DNA from: a virus | Length of the DNA stretch: 64,000 nucleotides | Direction: 5' to 3' (one strand) | Virus record (IMG/VR): IMGVR_UViG_3300027763_000029 | Shown here: positions 19,978-30,244 of the stretch, piece after piece | Layout of the letters: the number at the start of each line of letters is the position of its first letter | Numbering within the stretch: the first letter of the stretch is position 1 | Notes under the pieces: model-generated | What the model saw: the letters and a program-made list of their open reading frames with translations, nothing else | Told to the model about the DNA's origin: nothing | The model's database searches: none | Translations under genes and position numbers: made by a program

Positions 19978-20657
19978 AAATTCAAGCAATATTATTTATG
20001 TCTAATGATTTTTCTAGGGCTAAATTTACACTAGAAAATTTTAGTAAACATAATCCAATAATTCCGATTCGTATTATTAACTCAGGAGGAGAAGATCCAA
20101 AGCCATATTTAATTCATATACCAAATACTGAGTTTATTAATGCTCCAAATTTATGGCATAAAAAAACAAGCTGTGGGAAAGGATCATTTGGACCAGAATT
20201 TGTAGAATATTTTTTTGAATATGGTTATAATCCAAAATTTACACATACATTACTACTTGAAACAGACGTATTAACAAATAGACAAATAATTAAAGAACCC
20301 ATATATGATATTTCTGGCCCCACAAACCCATGTGGAGAAAATGAACATATATTATATGATTATCTTGGAATAATAGACAATCATCTTCATACTGGATGTG
20401 GAGGAACTATTTTTACATATAAATATTTTGATACAATTATAAATTGTAGAGATTATTTTAATCTATATCAAGAATTATTTGATAAATTTTCTGCTAATTA
20501 TTTTATGGATTTAATACTTACTTTGGTCGGAAGAAAAGCTGGATTAACTTTTGGTCATTGGGAAGAAGTATCAAATATTCCAATCCATTTTGTTAATAAT
20601 AAAATATGTTTAACAGATTATACTAAAACTTTGATACATAATTTTAAAATAACATGA
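19974..20657 (+). CDS. Putative GT-A glycosyltransferase
   Basis: LLLETDV, GCGGTIF. Confidence 0.5.
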   Translation: MKIQAILFMSNDFSRAKFTLENFSKHNPIIPIRIINSGGEDPKPYLIHIPNTEFINAPNLWHKKTSCGKGSFGPEFVEYFFEYGYNPKFTHTLLLETDVLTNRQIIKEPIYDISGPTNPCGENEHILYDYLGIIDNHLHTGCGGTIFTYKYFDTIINCRDYFNLYQELFDKFSANYFMDLILTLVGRKAGLTFGHWEEVSNIPIHFVNNKICLTDYTKTLIHNFKIT

Positions 20658-21385
20658 AAAAAAATTCTTTTGTACTCTTTTTAACACATGATTGTAAACC
20701 TAATTTCTATAAAACTTTAAATAGTTTTTTCCTTGATAGTTACAGAAAAGATACAACAATAGTATTATTTGATGCAAATTCAAATAAAAATCTTGATATT
20801 ATTAATTCAATACCAAATATTTCTGTATATAAAGCTAAAAATATAGTATCTTCTATTAATATATACGACTGTTTAGGTGGTGGTCATAATTTTGTATTGG
20901 AATATTTGTATCTAAATTCTAATATATTAAATGCTTATGATTATTTTTGGATTATTGAAAATGATGTATATTTTCATGGCAATTTGATTGACTTATTAAA
21001 AAATTATGATGATAATTATGATTGCGATCTATTAGTACCAGAGTTTGGACTAAGATCAACATCCTCTTGGATTTGGCCAAAAACAATACAAGGATTACCC
21101 GTAAATGATCAGATAGGAGTTTCTGCTCCTATAGCTCGTATATCTAGTAGACTTGCCAATCTATTGGTATATGCTATTATGAATAAAACATTTTGTGGTT
21201 TTTTTGAGTCTCTATTACCAAATCTTTGCATATATAAAAACTATGAGATAAGAACATTCAAGCCAGAAGATCTTGGTATCTTTAATACATTTAAGACAAA
21301 AACTATTTCCTTAATAGAACAAGATATACTAAATAATACTGAATTATATATAGAAAATAAACTTTATCACCCAATTAAACTATAA
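20654..21385 (+). CDS. Putative GT-A glycosyltransferase
   Basis: YDYFWIIENDV, RISSRL, LYHPIK. Confidence 0.55.
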   Translation: MKKNSFVLFLTHDCKPNFYKTLNSFFLDSYRKDTTIVLFDANSNKNLDIINSIPNISVYKAKNIVSSINIYDCLGGGHNFVLEYLYLNSNILNAYDYFWIIENDVYFHGNLIDLLKNYDDNYDCDLLVPEFGLRSTSSWIWPKTIQGLPVNDQIGVSAPIARISSRLANLLVYAIMNKTFCGFFESLLPNLCIYKNYEIRTFKPEDLGIFNTFKTKTISLIEQDILNNTELYIENKLYHPIKL

Positions 21386-22242
21386 TGATAAACAATCACA
21401 CAGTTATTTGTGCAACATTCGCGGGCAGGAAAAACAGAATGTCTTTGCAAGCAAAATACATGAATACTTTGCTAGAAGAAAATTTAGTAGATGAATGGCA
21501 CATATGGGATTTTGCAAGAACCTCGCACGATAAAGACTATATCTATAGCTTAGAGAATCATCCAAAAATTCAAGTCCTAAATAAATCTTCCCGTATTTTT
21601 AGACTAAATGAAGATTATGAAAAATTTTATTCATTTTATGGAAATAATTATTCTTCAAATATCGTTTTAATAAAACAAGATGACGATATTGTATACATAG
21701 ATTTAAAAGAGTTTAAAAATTTTATATTGTTCCGTATAGATAATCCAGAGCCATTTCTATTATCTGCTAATATAATAAATAATGGAGTTTGTGCTGGAAT
21801 TCAACAAAAGGCAATACCTCTACCATATGCTTTAAATCCACCAGAAGGATTTAAGTATGAGTGTCTAAAAGGCGAATTATGGGAAAATGCATCCCTAGCA
21901 CATAATTTACACTATTTTTTCCTAAATAATTTAGATCTTTTTAAAATAAATGGTATATTCTATCAGCCTAAAGGAGAAAGAATAAGTATAAATTACTTCG
22001 CCATACTAGCACAAGATTTTAATACTATAATTGATTGTGCTAAAGATGATGAGCACTGCCTTACTGTAGAAAAAACATTATCTCTCAATAGGCAAAATGC
22101 AATATTTCTACCTTTTGTAGTATCTCATTTATCTTTTTATCAACAAGAAAATATGGCTATCAAACAAAATGTAAATTTCAACGAGATATATGAAGATTAT
22201 GAAAGGCTGTATGACTCGCTATATGATGAGTCTAAAATTTAA
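21385..22242 (+). CDS. Putative GT-A glycosyltransferase
   Basis: FAGR, KQDDDIVYID, SANIINN, DDE, VSHLSFY.Q. Confidence 0.6.
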   Translation: MINNHTVICATFAGRKNRMSLQAKYMNTLLEENLVDEWHIWDFARTSHDKDYIYSLENHPKIQVLNKSSRIFRLNEDYEKFYSFYGNNYSSNIVLIKQDDDIVYIDLKEFKNFILFRIDNPEPFLLSANIINNGVCAGIQQKAIPLPYALNPPEGFKYECLKGELWENASLAHNLHYFFLNNLDLFKINGIFYQPKGERISINYFAILAQDFNTIIDCAKDDEHCLTVEKTLSLNRQNAIFLPFVVSHLSFYQQENMAIKQNVNFNEIYEDYERLYDSLYDESKI

Positions 22243-22245
22243 AAT

Positions 22246-23259
22246 ATGAAAAAAGCAAAGATTATAGGTTGTGGACTTAGTGGGGTTGTATCAGCTATTA
22301 TTCTTAGAGATCGTGGCTATGATGTAGAGATTTTTGATAGTAGAAATCATATAGCGGGGAATTGCTATGACCACAAAAAAGAAGGAGTAACAGTACATGA
22401 ATATGGCGCTCACATATTCCATACTAACGATGATGGCGTGTGGAATTTTTTAAATAGATATACGTCTTTTAATTCTTATCAGCATAAGGTTAGAGCTAAT
22501 ACAGAGTGTGGACTTATTTCTATCCCATATAATTTATTCACACAAAAACAAATAGGTAAAGATTTATCTCCAGAAGAAATACAAAAGTTAATTTTTGTAG
22601 ATTATTCAGAAAGACATTGGGGGATATCATGGAAAGATTTACCTAAATCAATATCTGGCAGATTGCCAAACAAAAGAGATACCTATGATGATAGATATTT
22701 TACGGATAAATATCAGGGTATTCCTTCTTTTGGTTATACTTCTATGTTTTTAAATATGCTAGATGGAATTAAAGTACAATTAAATGTACCAAAAAATTTC
22801 TATAAAAAAATAATATCAGATAATAATTATGATTTAATAATTTATACTGGCAAACCCGACGATTATTTTGATTACTGTTATGGAAAATTAGAGTATAGAT
22901 CTCTTAGATTTGAGCATACTGTAGGTGCTAAAAGTAATTTATTTTCTTGGGACTCTGGTTCTGTTATTAATGAATGTAATAAACTTCCTTATAATAGAAC
23001 TGTAGATAATTCAATCTTTTTAAATGAAAATGTTGAAAATACAGTTTATACCAAAGATTATCCAGAAGATCATAATGATACTAATGATCCAATATATCCT
23101 AAAAATTTTGGGACCAATACCACCACTTTCAGCTTGTACAACAAGCTCATGCATCAACAGAATAAAACGATATTTATTGGAAGACTAGCTACTTACAAAT
23201 ATCTCGATATGTGGATGGCTATAAAACAAACTTTTCAAAAACTAGAGTTCGATATATGA
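22246..23259 (+). CDS. glf: UDP-galactopyranose mutase
   Basis: FAD motif IIGCGLSG, RNHIAGNCYD, HEYGAHIFHT, YFTDKYQGIP, LEYRSL, GRLATYKYLDM. Confidence 0.93.
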   Translation: MKKAKIIGCGLSGVVSAIILRDRGYDVEIFDSRNHIAGNCYDHKKEGVTVHEYGAHIFHTNDDGVWNFLNRYTSFNSYQHKVRANTECGLISIPYNLFTQKQIGKDLSPEEIQKLIFVDYSERHWGISWKDLPKSISGRLPNKRDTYDDRYFTDKYQGIPSFGYTSMFLNMLDGIKVQLNVPKNFYKKIISDNNYDLIIYTGKPDDYFDYCYGKLEYRSLRFEHTVGAKSNLFSWDSGSVINECNKLPYNRTVDNSIFLNENVENTVYTKDYPEDHNDTNDPIYPKNFGTNTTTFSLYNKLMHQQNKTIFIGRLATYKYLDMWMAIKQTFQKLEFDI

Positions 23260-23954
23260 GTAATAAAAAAATAAATGTAATTTTACGCGGTCATATTAGA
23301 AATTCTTTTGAGAATAAAAATTTGTACTATTTGATGAAAAAAATTACAAAAGATTTTGATACAAATATTTATATACATACTTGGAATATAGTACAAAATA
23401 ATTTAAGCTGGAGACACATGGATTGTAATAATACAAAAGTTGACGAAGAATTTTTGAAAAACTATTTTGAAGATATTTGGTATAATGTAAAATATTGCAT
23501 GATAGAAGATGAAAAAATAATACCATTACATGGAAATACTGAAGGGCTTATAGGAAGTACGCCATGTCCGATTAAGGGTTATAAAAATATGATCTACGGC
23601 ATATATCGTATATCAGAATACTTATTTTTTAATACAGCTATAACTGAAACTGTTGTTCAAACTAGATTCGATATTCTGACTAATCCTTTTAGTCACTCTG
23701 TTCCAGAAGCAAGATATTTGGCCGATCCAAAGACTATTATGAAATTTCTTCATAATCCTACAGAAACAGAAGATAGAATTAAATTCATAGAACAACGACC
23801 CATGATGGGCATAGACAACACGTATATGGCATCAGTTAATGATTTATATGAATTTATTAAATTTTTCTATTATAATCTTGATGAGATTATTTACAAGTAT
23901 AAAGATATAAAACATCAAGAGTATCTTCCGTTCTTTGAACGTAATAATTTTTGA
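23256..23954 (+). CDS. Glycosyltransferase-associated hypothetical protein
   Basis: LRGHIR, IYIHTW, TRFD motifs common in phage GT islands. Confidence 0.55.
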   Translation: MSNKKINVILRGHIRNSFENKNLYYLMKKITKDFDTNIYIHTWNIVQNNLSWRHMDCNNTKVDEEFLKNYFEDIWYNVKYCMIEDEKIIPLHGNTEGLIGSTPCPIKGYKNMIYGIYRISEYLFFNTAITETVVQTRFDILTNPFSHSVPEARYLADPKTIMKFLHNPTETEDRIKFIEQRPMMGIDNTYMASVNDLYEFIKFFYYNLDEIIYKYKDIKHQEYLPFFERNNF

Positions 23955-24103
23955 TAAAAGACAAGATACGCCCATCTACACAAGAAGCTAGTTTAAAAAA
24001 AGTATAGCCACACAGTTGTCAAGGTTCAAGTACGACAGTATAATATATCTGTCGTTGGTGTTTTGACAGCTTTTGGATTATATCTTACATAAAAGGCAAT
24101 TAA

Positions 24104-24232
24104 ATGAATGAGTCTGTATATCTTATTTTTATTTTATCTATAATTTTTGGTGCTATACATGGACTTTATGGAAGTGATTATCTCGTCGAACCTTCTAAAA
24201 ATCTAATATCATTTATCTTTGGAGATGAATAA
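24104..24232 (+). CDS. Small membrane peptide (42 aa), not in the ORF track
   Basis: MNESVYLILFLSIIFGAIHGLYG...; SD AAGG; ends 2 nt before the next start. Confidence 0.5.
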   Translation: MNESVYLIFILSIIFGAIHGLYGSDYLVEPSKNLISFIFGDE

Positions 24233-24234
24233 AA

Positions 24235-24765
24235 GTGAATAGGCTTAAAGATCAAAGAGTGTATCTTGCAGGAGCTATGGACAGAGTTCCAGATAGAGGA
24301 ACTACATGGAGAGATAATATAACTCCATTTTTAGAAGAAATGGGTAGCATAGTTTTTAACCCAATATCAAAGCCATCTTCAACTGGATTGGAAGATAAAG
24401 ATGCTCATGCTATCAAAAGAAAGTTAAGACAAAAAGAAAATTATGACGAACTATCTGAAATGATGAAAGTTATTCGTAGAGTAGATTTAAGATTAGTAGA
24501 TATTAGCGATTTTCTAGTAGTCAATCTTAATCTAGATATTCATCCTTGTGGAACATATGAGGAAATTTTTTGGGCTAATAGGCAAAAAAAACCAATTATT
24601 GTTCATATGGAACAAGGTAAGATAAATGCTCCAGACTGGTTATTTGGAACGATACCTCACCAAACAATTTTTTCCTCATGGGATGATATAAAAGAATATC
24701 TCTACCATATTAATTTTTCAGAAAATATAGATACGTATAAAAGATGGTACTTTTTTTCATTATAA
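24235..24765 (+). CDS. Nucleoside 2-deoxyribosyltransferase-like protein (dNMP glycosidase)
   Basis: VYLAGAM, WR, FNP, DLRLVD.SDFLV, GTYEE. Confidence 0.75.
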   Translation: MNRLKDQRVYLAGAMDRVPDRGTTWRDNITPFLEEMGSIVFNPISKPSSTGLEDKDAHAIKRKLRQKENYDELSEMMKVIRRVDLRLVDISDFLVVNLNLDIHPCGTYEEIFWANRQKKPIIVHMEQGKINAPDWLFGTIPHQTIFSSWDDIKEYLYHINFSENIDTYKRWYFFSL

Positions 24766-24774
24766 GAGGTATTT

Positions 24775-25515
24775 ATGGACAATATAGCTGAATTCGTTAA
24801 CTTCATTTCCAGCATTCATCCTGCTAATCTTACTGATTTTAGTACCTTACAAGACTGCTTACTAAAAGCTGGACTTAATGACGAAGCTACTCACGAGCAG
24901 CCGCCAGAATTGAACCAATATTTTGGTTCTGGATATAAATTAAAGATTTGGCAATATCCAAACCAATTTATACCATATCTATTATTTCTCTCCAAATATA
25001 GACATAAGATAGATTCTTATCTGGAAATCGGATCTCGTTATGGAGGAACATTTATTTTTACTAATGAATATCTAAAATCCATTAAAAATGAACCGCTTAA
25101 AAGCACAGCCTGCGATATAATTCCTATACCAACAAATATATCTCAATATAATGAATTAAACATTAACTCTTCGTATTTGAATACTAGCTCACAGTCTTAT
25201 GAATTTAAAAACTTCATTAACAATAGACATTTTTCATTGATATTAGTAGATGGCGATCATTCATATGATGGTGTTAAAAAAGACTCTGAAGCATGTATTG
25301 ATAGCGGAGATATTATTGTGTTTCATGACATAGTAAATTCTGCTTGTCCTGGAACAGTATTATACTGGGAAGAATTCAAGAGATCATATAAAAATAGATT
25401 TAATTTTTATGAATTTATTGATCAATATGCCAGTGTTCGTTCTAAATATTTGGGAATAGGTTGTGGAGTAAAAAAAGAATTTGATATCTTAAATACAGCT
25501 ACCAATAATGCCTAA
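24775..25515 (+). CDS. Class I SAM methyltransferase (Methyltransf_24-like)
   Basis: YLEIGSRYGGT, ILVDGDHSYDGVKKD, VFHDI. Confidence 0.8.
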   Translation: MDNIAEFVNFISSIHPANLTDFSTLQDCLLKAGLNDEATHEQPPELNQYFGSGYKLKIWQYPNQFIPYLLFLSKYRHKIDSYLEIGSRYGGTFIFTNEYLKSIKNEPLKSTACDIIPIPTNISQYNELNINSSYLNTSSQSYEFKNFINNRHFSLILVDGDHSYDGVKKDSEACIDSGDIIVFHDIVNSACPGTVLYWEEFKRSYKNRFNFYEFIDQYASVRSKYLGIGCGVKKEFDILNTATNNA

Positions 25516-25711
25516 ATATTATGTTAAATCTGGTCAGATAAAATTTATAATAGATTCTCCTGATCATATTTCGGCTATTCTTGCTGCTCTCAAACATTAT
25601 AAGGGTAGAGGAGTAATGACAGGACTTAAGGTTTGTATTTCTGAGAATGGATTTGATGATTTCCATCAGTGGACCTGTTATGATACAGATGAATATATAA
25701 GGAAAACATAG
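25508..25711 (+). CDS. Hypothetical protein
   Basis: MPKYYVKSG; overlaps both neighbours. Confidence 0.6.
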   Translation: MPKYYVKSGQIKFIIDSPDHISAILAALKHYKGRGVMTGLKVCISENGFDDFHQWTCYDTDEYIRKT

Positions 25712-26841
25712 TGCAAAAAATTATTAATGAAATCAAATTGGATTTTGATGATGTTCTGATTAGACCAAAAAGATCAACCCTATCTAGCAGATCCGAGGTT
25801 TGCTTAGTTAGAGATTTCCATTTTAAAAACTCACCAAGAAAGTTTTCTACTATACCAATTATAGTAGCGAATATGGATACTACTGGAACATTTGATATGG
25901 CCAACATTGTTTGCCAGAATCAAGCTATGGTAGCACTTCATAAACACTATAAACCAGATCATCTAATAGAGTACTATTGTAATAATACAAATGACCACAA
26001 AGAACTAACATTCTATTCTACTGGAACATCATCTTCAGATATCGAAAAACTTACATATGTTTTCAGTGCTTTAAAAAATAGAGGTTGCTCATTACCAAAT
26101 ATTTGTGTTGACGTTGCTAATGGATATAGCGAAAAATTTGTAAAAACTGTAGCACATATACGAAAACTTTATGAAGAAATAGTGATAATGGCTGGTAATG
26201 TGGTTACTCCAGAAATGGTAGAGGAGCTTATTCTTCATGGAAAAGTTGATATTGTAAAGGTTGGTATAGGTCCAGGGTCTGTTTGTACTACAAGATTAAA
26301 AACTGGCGTAGGATATGCACAGGTGTCGGCTTGCTTAGAATGTTCTGATGCTGCTCATGGTCTTGGTGGACATATCTGTGGTGATGGCGGTTGCAAGCAC
26401 GTTGGAGACATATGTAAAGTATTTGGTAGTAATGCTGATTTTGTAATGTGTGGAAATTTCTTTGCTGGATGTGAAGAATGTGAAGGAGAATGGGAGTATG
26501 AATATCAGGCAGGATTTGGTATAGCAAATACTCAACCTTTCTGGCAACCATTCGATCCTGGTAATGGAGGACCAAAAAGAAAAACTAAACTTAAGTTTTA
26601 TGGAATGAGCAGCAAAGAAGCGATGGAAAAACATAGTAATGGTGTTGCTAACTACAGGACTAGTGAAGGAAGATGTGTAACCGTCCCATACAAAGGCCCA
26701 GTACAAGATGTTTTATTAGATATATTTGGAGGATTACGAAGTGCTTGTACATATATTGGAGCGTCAAGAATGAAGGATTTTGGCAAAAAGACCACATTCA
26801 TAATGGTCAATAATACTCATACAAAGACATATGACAAATGA
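25711..26841 (+). CDS. guaC: GMP reductase
   Basis: KLDFDDVLIRPKRSTLSSRSEV, ANMDTTGTF, DVANGYSE, KVGIGPGSVCTTR, YGMSS, SEGR, GGLRSACTYIGA. Confidence 0.95.
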   Translation: MQKIINEIKLDFDDVLIRPKRSTLSSRSEVCLVRDFHFKNSPRKFSTIPIIVANMDTTGTFDMANIVCQNQAMVALHKHYKPDHLIEYYCNNTNDHKELTFYSTGTSSSDIEKLTYVFSALKNRGCSLPNICVDVANGYSEKFVKTVAHIRKLYEEIVIMAGNVVTPEMVEELILHGKVDIVKVGIGPGSVCTTRLKTGVGYAQVSACLECSDAAHGLGGHICGDGGCKHVGDICKVFGSNADFVMCGNFFAGCEECEGEWEYEYQAGFGIANTQPFWQPFDPGNGGPKRKTKLKFYGMSSKEAMEKHSNGVANYRTSEGRCVTVPYKGPVQDVLLDIFGGLRSACTYIGASRMKDFGKKTTFIMVNNTHTKTYDK

Positions 26842-27893
26842 ATTTAAATTTTTCTTCACCTATTAATCATACTGGATATGGTATATCTTCTTTTTCTATT
26901 CTAAAAGAATTAGCTAAAAAGCATAATATAACATATTTCCCTAAAGGAACACCTTCTGTAGATAATCAAGAAGAATATGATCTTGTTAATCAGTTACTAT
27001 CAAGACAAAATGATTTTGATATCAGTGCACCTTTTGTAAAAATTTGGCATCAGTTTGATTTAGCAGATAGAATTGGTAGAGGAAAATATTATGCTTATCC
27101 TTTTTTTGAACTAGATACCTTTAACTCAAGAGAAAAAAAGCATCTTTCAGTACCAGATGAAATTTTTGTATCTAGTGAGTGGGCCAAAGATATAGTTATT
27201 AATAATGGAATCAAGAGTCCAGTATCTGTTGTTCCTCTTGGCGTTAATAGGGAAGTTTTTCATGAAAATATCCCGAATCTAAGAAATGATGGTAAATACG
27301 TATTTTTAACTATTGGTAAATGGGAAGTAAGGAAAAGTCACGATATTCTTCCAGAACTATTTAAAAAGGCTTTCGGTGACTCAAAAGACGTAGAGCTTTG
27401 GATACTGGCGGCAGAACATACAAACTCATATTCATCAGCAGAACAAATTTCAGAATGGAAAAAATTATATGAGGCAGATAATATAAAAGTCATACCGGGT
27501 GTAAAAGACCAAAAGGATGTTGCCAATGTAATAGCTCATAGCGATTGTGGACTATATGTAAGCAAAGCTGAGGGTTGGAATTTAGAACTATTGGAAACTA
27601 TGAGTATGAATAAGCCAGTGATAGCCACAAACTATTCTGCTCATACTGAATTTTGTAACAAAGATAATTCTTATCTTGTTGATATAGATGAAACAGAGAA
27701 AGCTTTTGATGGTAAAGCTTTTACTGGTCAAGGTAATTGGGCAAAAATAGGACAAAAACAAAAAAATCAGACTATAGAGTATATGAAGTATGTCTATAGC
27801 AATAATATAAAAAGTAATCCAGAAGGCGCTATTACGGCTAAAAAACTATCATGGGATAACTCGGCCAACATAATTTCTAGGTGTATATCTTAA
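26838..27893 (+). CDS. GT4 glycosyltransferase
   Basis: TGYG, IGKWEVRK, EGWNLELLE, VIATNYSAH. Confidence 0.85.
   Translation: MNLNFSSPINHTGYGISSFSILKELAKKHNITYFPKGTPSVDNQEEYDLVNQLLSRQNDFDISAPFVKIWHQFDLADRIGRGKYYAYPFFELDTFNSREKKHLSVPDEIFVSSEWAKDIVINNGIKSPVSVVPLGVNREVFHENIPNLRNDGKYVFLTIGKWEVRKSHDILPELFKKAFGDSKDVELWILAAEHTNSYSSAEQISEWKKLYEADNIKVIPGVKDQKDVANVIAHSDCGLYVSKAEGWNLELLETMSMNKPVIATNYSAHTEFCNKDNSYLVDIDETEKAFDGKAFTGQGNWAKIGQKQKNQTIEYMKYVYSNNIKSNPEGAITAKKLSWDNSANIISRCIS
27880..27893 (+). promoter_or_regulatory. GGTGTAT putative phage promoter
   Basis: Recurrent motif ~28 nt upstream of ATG 27908. Confidence 0.55.
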
Positions 27894-27907
27894 TTAAGGA
27901 GATTACT

Positions 27908-28447
27908 ATGCCAATACCAAAACCAGAAAAAAATGAAGACAAGCAGAAGTTTGTTTCTAGATGTATGGGTGATTCTGTAATGAAAAAAGATTATCCAGAT
28001 GGAAAACAAAGAGTTGCTATATGTCTAGGAGAATCTCAGCATCATCACAAGTCTTCTTTAATAGAAGAAGTACACGATAATATTCTGATGGCACAAGCTG
28101 ATTACGATGATGATTGGGATGAATGGACATTTATCTATGATCCAACAGATATACTTGATGAATATGGCCAAGTTATAGCAGAAGAAAAAGGTAAGAAAGT
28201 AACTCTAAATAAACCTTTTAGAACTCCAAGTGGCCCAAAAAAATTCTCAGTATATGTAAAAAATGATAAGGGAAATGTTGTAAAGGTCAATTTTGGTGAT
28301 CCAAATATGGAAATAAAAAGAGATGACCCAGAGCGCAGGAAGTCCTATAGAGCCAGACATAACTGTGATAATCCTGGCCCAAAATGGAAAGCAGAATATT
28401 GGTCTTGTAAAATGTGGTCAAAAACTAACGTATCAGATTTAACATAA
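27908..28447 (+). CDS. Phage two-domain hypothetical protein
   Basis: N-terminal PIPKP..NE....FVSRCM...Q..AIC; C-terminal KKF.VYV.....V.FGD......RRKSYRARH.C.....YWSC..W. Confidence 0.7.
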   Translation: MPIPKPEKNEDKQKFVSRCMGDSVMKKDYPDGKQRVAICLGESQHHHKSSLIEEVHDNILMAQADYDDDWDEWTFIYDPTDILDEYGQVIAEEKGKKVTLNKPFRTPSGPKKFSVYVKNDKGNVVKVNFGDPNMEIKRDDPERRKSYRARHNCDNPGPKWKAEYWSCKMWSKTNVSDLT

Positions 28448-28457
28448 GGAATTTATT

Positions 28458-29054
28458 ATGTCTCAAGATCACCGTACTATTTCAGAACTACTCTCGTCAC
28501 AAGAATCAAAACCAATAACAGAACAAAAAGAAATAGCTGAAACTAAACATATTGAAGAGCAAAAAGTCGAAGCACAACAAGTTGAAGGATACTCATCAAA
28601 TACTGTTATTGAACTAATTAAAAAATCTTTAAATATTCACTGGCAACAAACTACTGTTTTAACAGCCCAAGCAGAACATCTTCAAAGGTGGGGTTATAAG
28701 AAATTAGCAGCAATTATTAAAGAAGATGCAATTCAAGAACAAACACATGCTGCAATTAATATCAAAAGACTAGAATTTTTTGATGTTGATTATCAACCAT
28801 TAATACTAAATCCTCCAATTTGGAAACGTCATGATATGGTTGCAATGATCAATTATAATCTTGATTCAGTAAGAGAAGCTTCAGCTGCCGAAAGAGCAAC
28901 CATTGTTGCTGCTATGGAGATTGGAGATCAAATTACAGTACAAATGTTTATTGAATTATTACAAGGTAGTGAAGATGGTATTGAGCTATATGAAGGTTTT
29001 TTAAAGCTTATCGAACAAATGGGTATTGATAATTTCTTAACTTTACAAGTATAA
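28458..29054 (+). CDS. Bacterioferritin-like protein (divergent)
   Basis: HLQRWGYKKLA...E.AIQEQTHA...IKRLEF and C-terminal IEQMGIDNFL resemble Bfr. Confidence 0.75.
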   Translation: MSQDHRTISELLSSQESKPITEQKEIAETKHIEEQKVEAQQVEGYSSNTVIELIKKSLNIHWQQTTVLTAQAEHLQRWGYKKLAAIIKEDAIQEQTHAAINIKRLEFFDVDYQPLILNPPIWKRHDMVAMINYNLDSVREASAAERATIVAAMEIGDQITVQMFIELLQGSEDGIELYEGFLKLIEQMGIDNFLTLQV

Positions 29055-29065
29055 GGGAGAATATA

Positions 29066-29608
29066 GTGGATAAAATTTATAACATATTAAATAATATTGA
29101 GAATTATATATCAATATCTAAAGAAAAAATAGATAAAAAAAATTCAGAACTAAATGAGAAAAGTAATTCTGACAATATTTTTGATTTGGTAATGCCTCCA
29201 CTATCAGAAGAGGATAAAGAAGACTCTTCTATTGTAGAAAACGAAGAACTTAAACAAGAACTATACCAGATGTCTCTAGCTTCGCTGAAAGCTATCAAGG
29301 CTCATGTAGCTGGCATTCTTGATGCTATTGACGAAGATAAGTCAGATGTAAAAGAAAATTTGACAGAATCGTGGTTACAGGGTAAAATCGCCATTGTTGC
29401 CGATTACGTTCGACACATTCATGATTTTCTCATTTTTTCTGGTGAGGCTGACGATAGTATCAATGCTGGTTCTAGGCCAGGACTTTGGGATAATATTCGC
29501 AAAAAGAAAGAAAGAGAAGGGAAAAAGTATAAGCCCGCAAAACGTGGGGATAAAGATAGACCAGATCCTGATACGTGGAATAAGTTGACTAAGGATACTA
29601 AGAAGTAA
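29066..29608 (+). CDS. Phage hypothetical protein
   Basis: ESWLQGKIA..DY helical motif; C-terminal PGLWDNIRKKK motif. Confidence 0.65.
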   Translation: MDKIYNILNNIENYISISKEKIDKKNSELNEKSNSDNIFDLVMPPLSEEDKEDSSIVENEELKQELYQMSLASLKAIKAHVAGILDAIDEDKSDVKENLTESWLQGKIAIVADYVRHIHDFLIFSGEADDSINAGSRPGLWDNIRKKKEREGKKYKPAKRGDKDRPDPDTWNKLTKDTKK

Positions 29609-29650
29609 TTTGTTATCTAATAATTTTTAAGGAAACTCTAAGGAACTAAA

Positions 29651-30241
29651 ATGGAAAAAAGTTTTGATTCATTGTCTACGTATATATCGCTAGCTAAAAA
29701 AACCATCTCTAAATTTGGACCAAAATTTTATAATGGTCTTTCAACAGAGATGTTAAAGAATGAAGAAGCTATTTCTGATGTGGCTACTGCTTTAATGTAT
29801 GCCGATTGGAGATTTGACTCTGATAGGCCGGGAAAGTCTGGACAAAAAAAGACACTCTATTCTTATAGAAATCAATGTGCTATTTGGGCAATCAAAACTT
29901 ATGTGACTAATAAGTATAAGAGTAGGAAGCATCTTAGTCTTGATCACGATAATGATAATGATCAGAAGTTAGATAGTATGATTCCAGACTCAAAGCAGCA
30001 ATCCCCGATTGATTGTATAATCGAACAAGAATATCATACTAATCTATCTAGTGATATTGAACAACTATTCAATAGTAGCACTCTTTCATCAAAGCAGAAA
30101 GAGCAGATAGAAATGTACTACTTTCAAGATAAGACATTATCTGAAATAGGAAAAGAGTTTGGTGTTTCAAGAGAAGCTGTTAGACAGAACATCAAGCGTG
30201 GATTAGATATCATCAAGAATTTTGACATTTGCAGAGTTTAA
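29651..30241 (+). CDS. Phage RNA polymerase sigma-70-family factor
   Basis: Region 2-like RFD......LYSY...CAIWAI; region 4 HTH LSSKQKEQI.MYY....TLSEIGKEFGVSREAVRQ. Confidence 0.85.
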   Translation: MEKSFDSLSTYISLAKKTISKFGPKFYNGLSTEMLKNEEAISDVATALMYADWRFDSDRPGKSGQKKTLYSYRNQCAIWAIKTYVTNKYKSRKHLSLDHDNDNDQKLDSMIPDSKQQSPIDCIIEQEYHTNLSSDIEQLFNSSTLSSKQKEQIEMYYFQDKTLSEIGKEFGVSREAVRQNIKRGLDIIKNFDICRV

Positions 30242-30244
30242 TAA

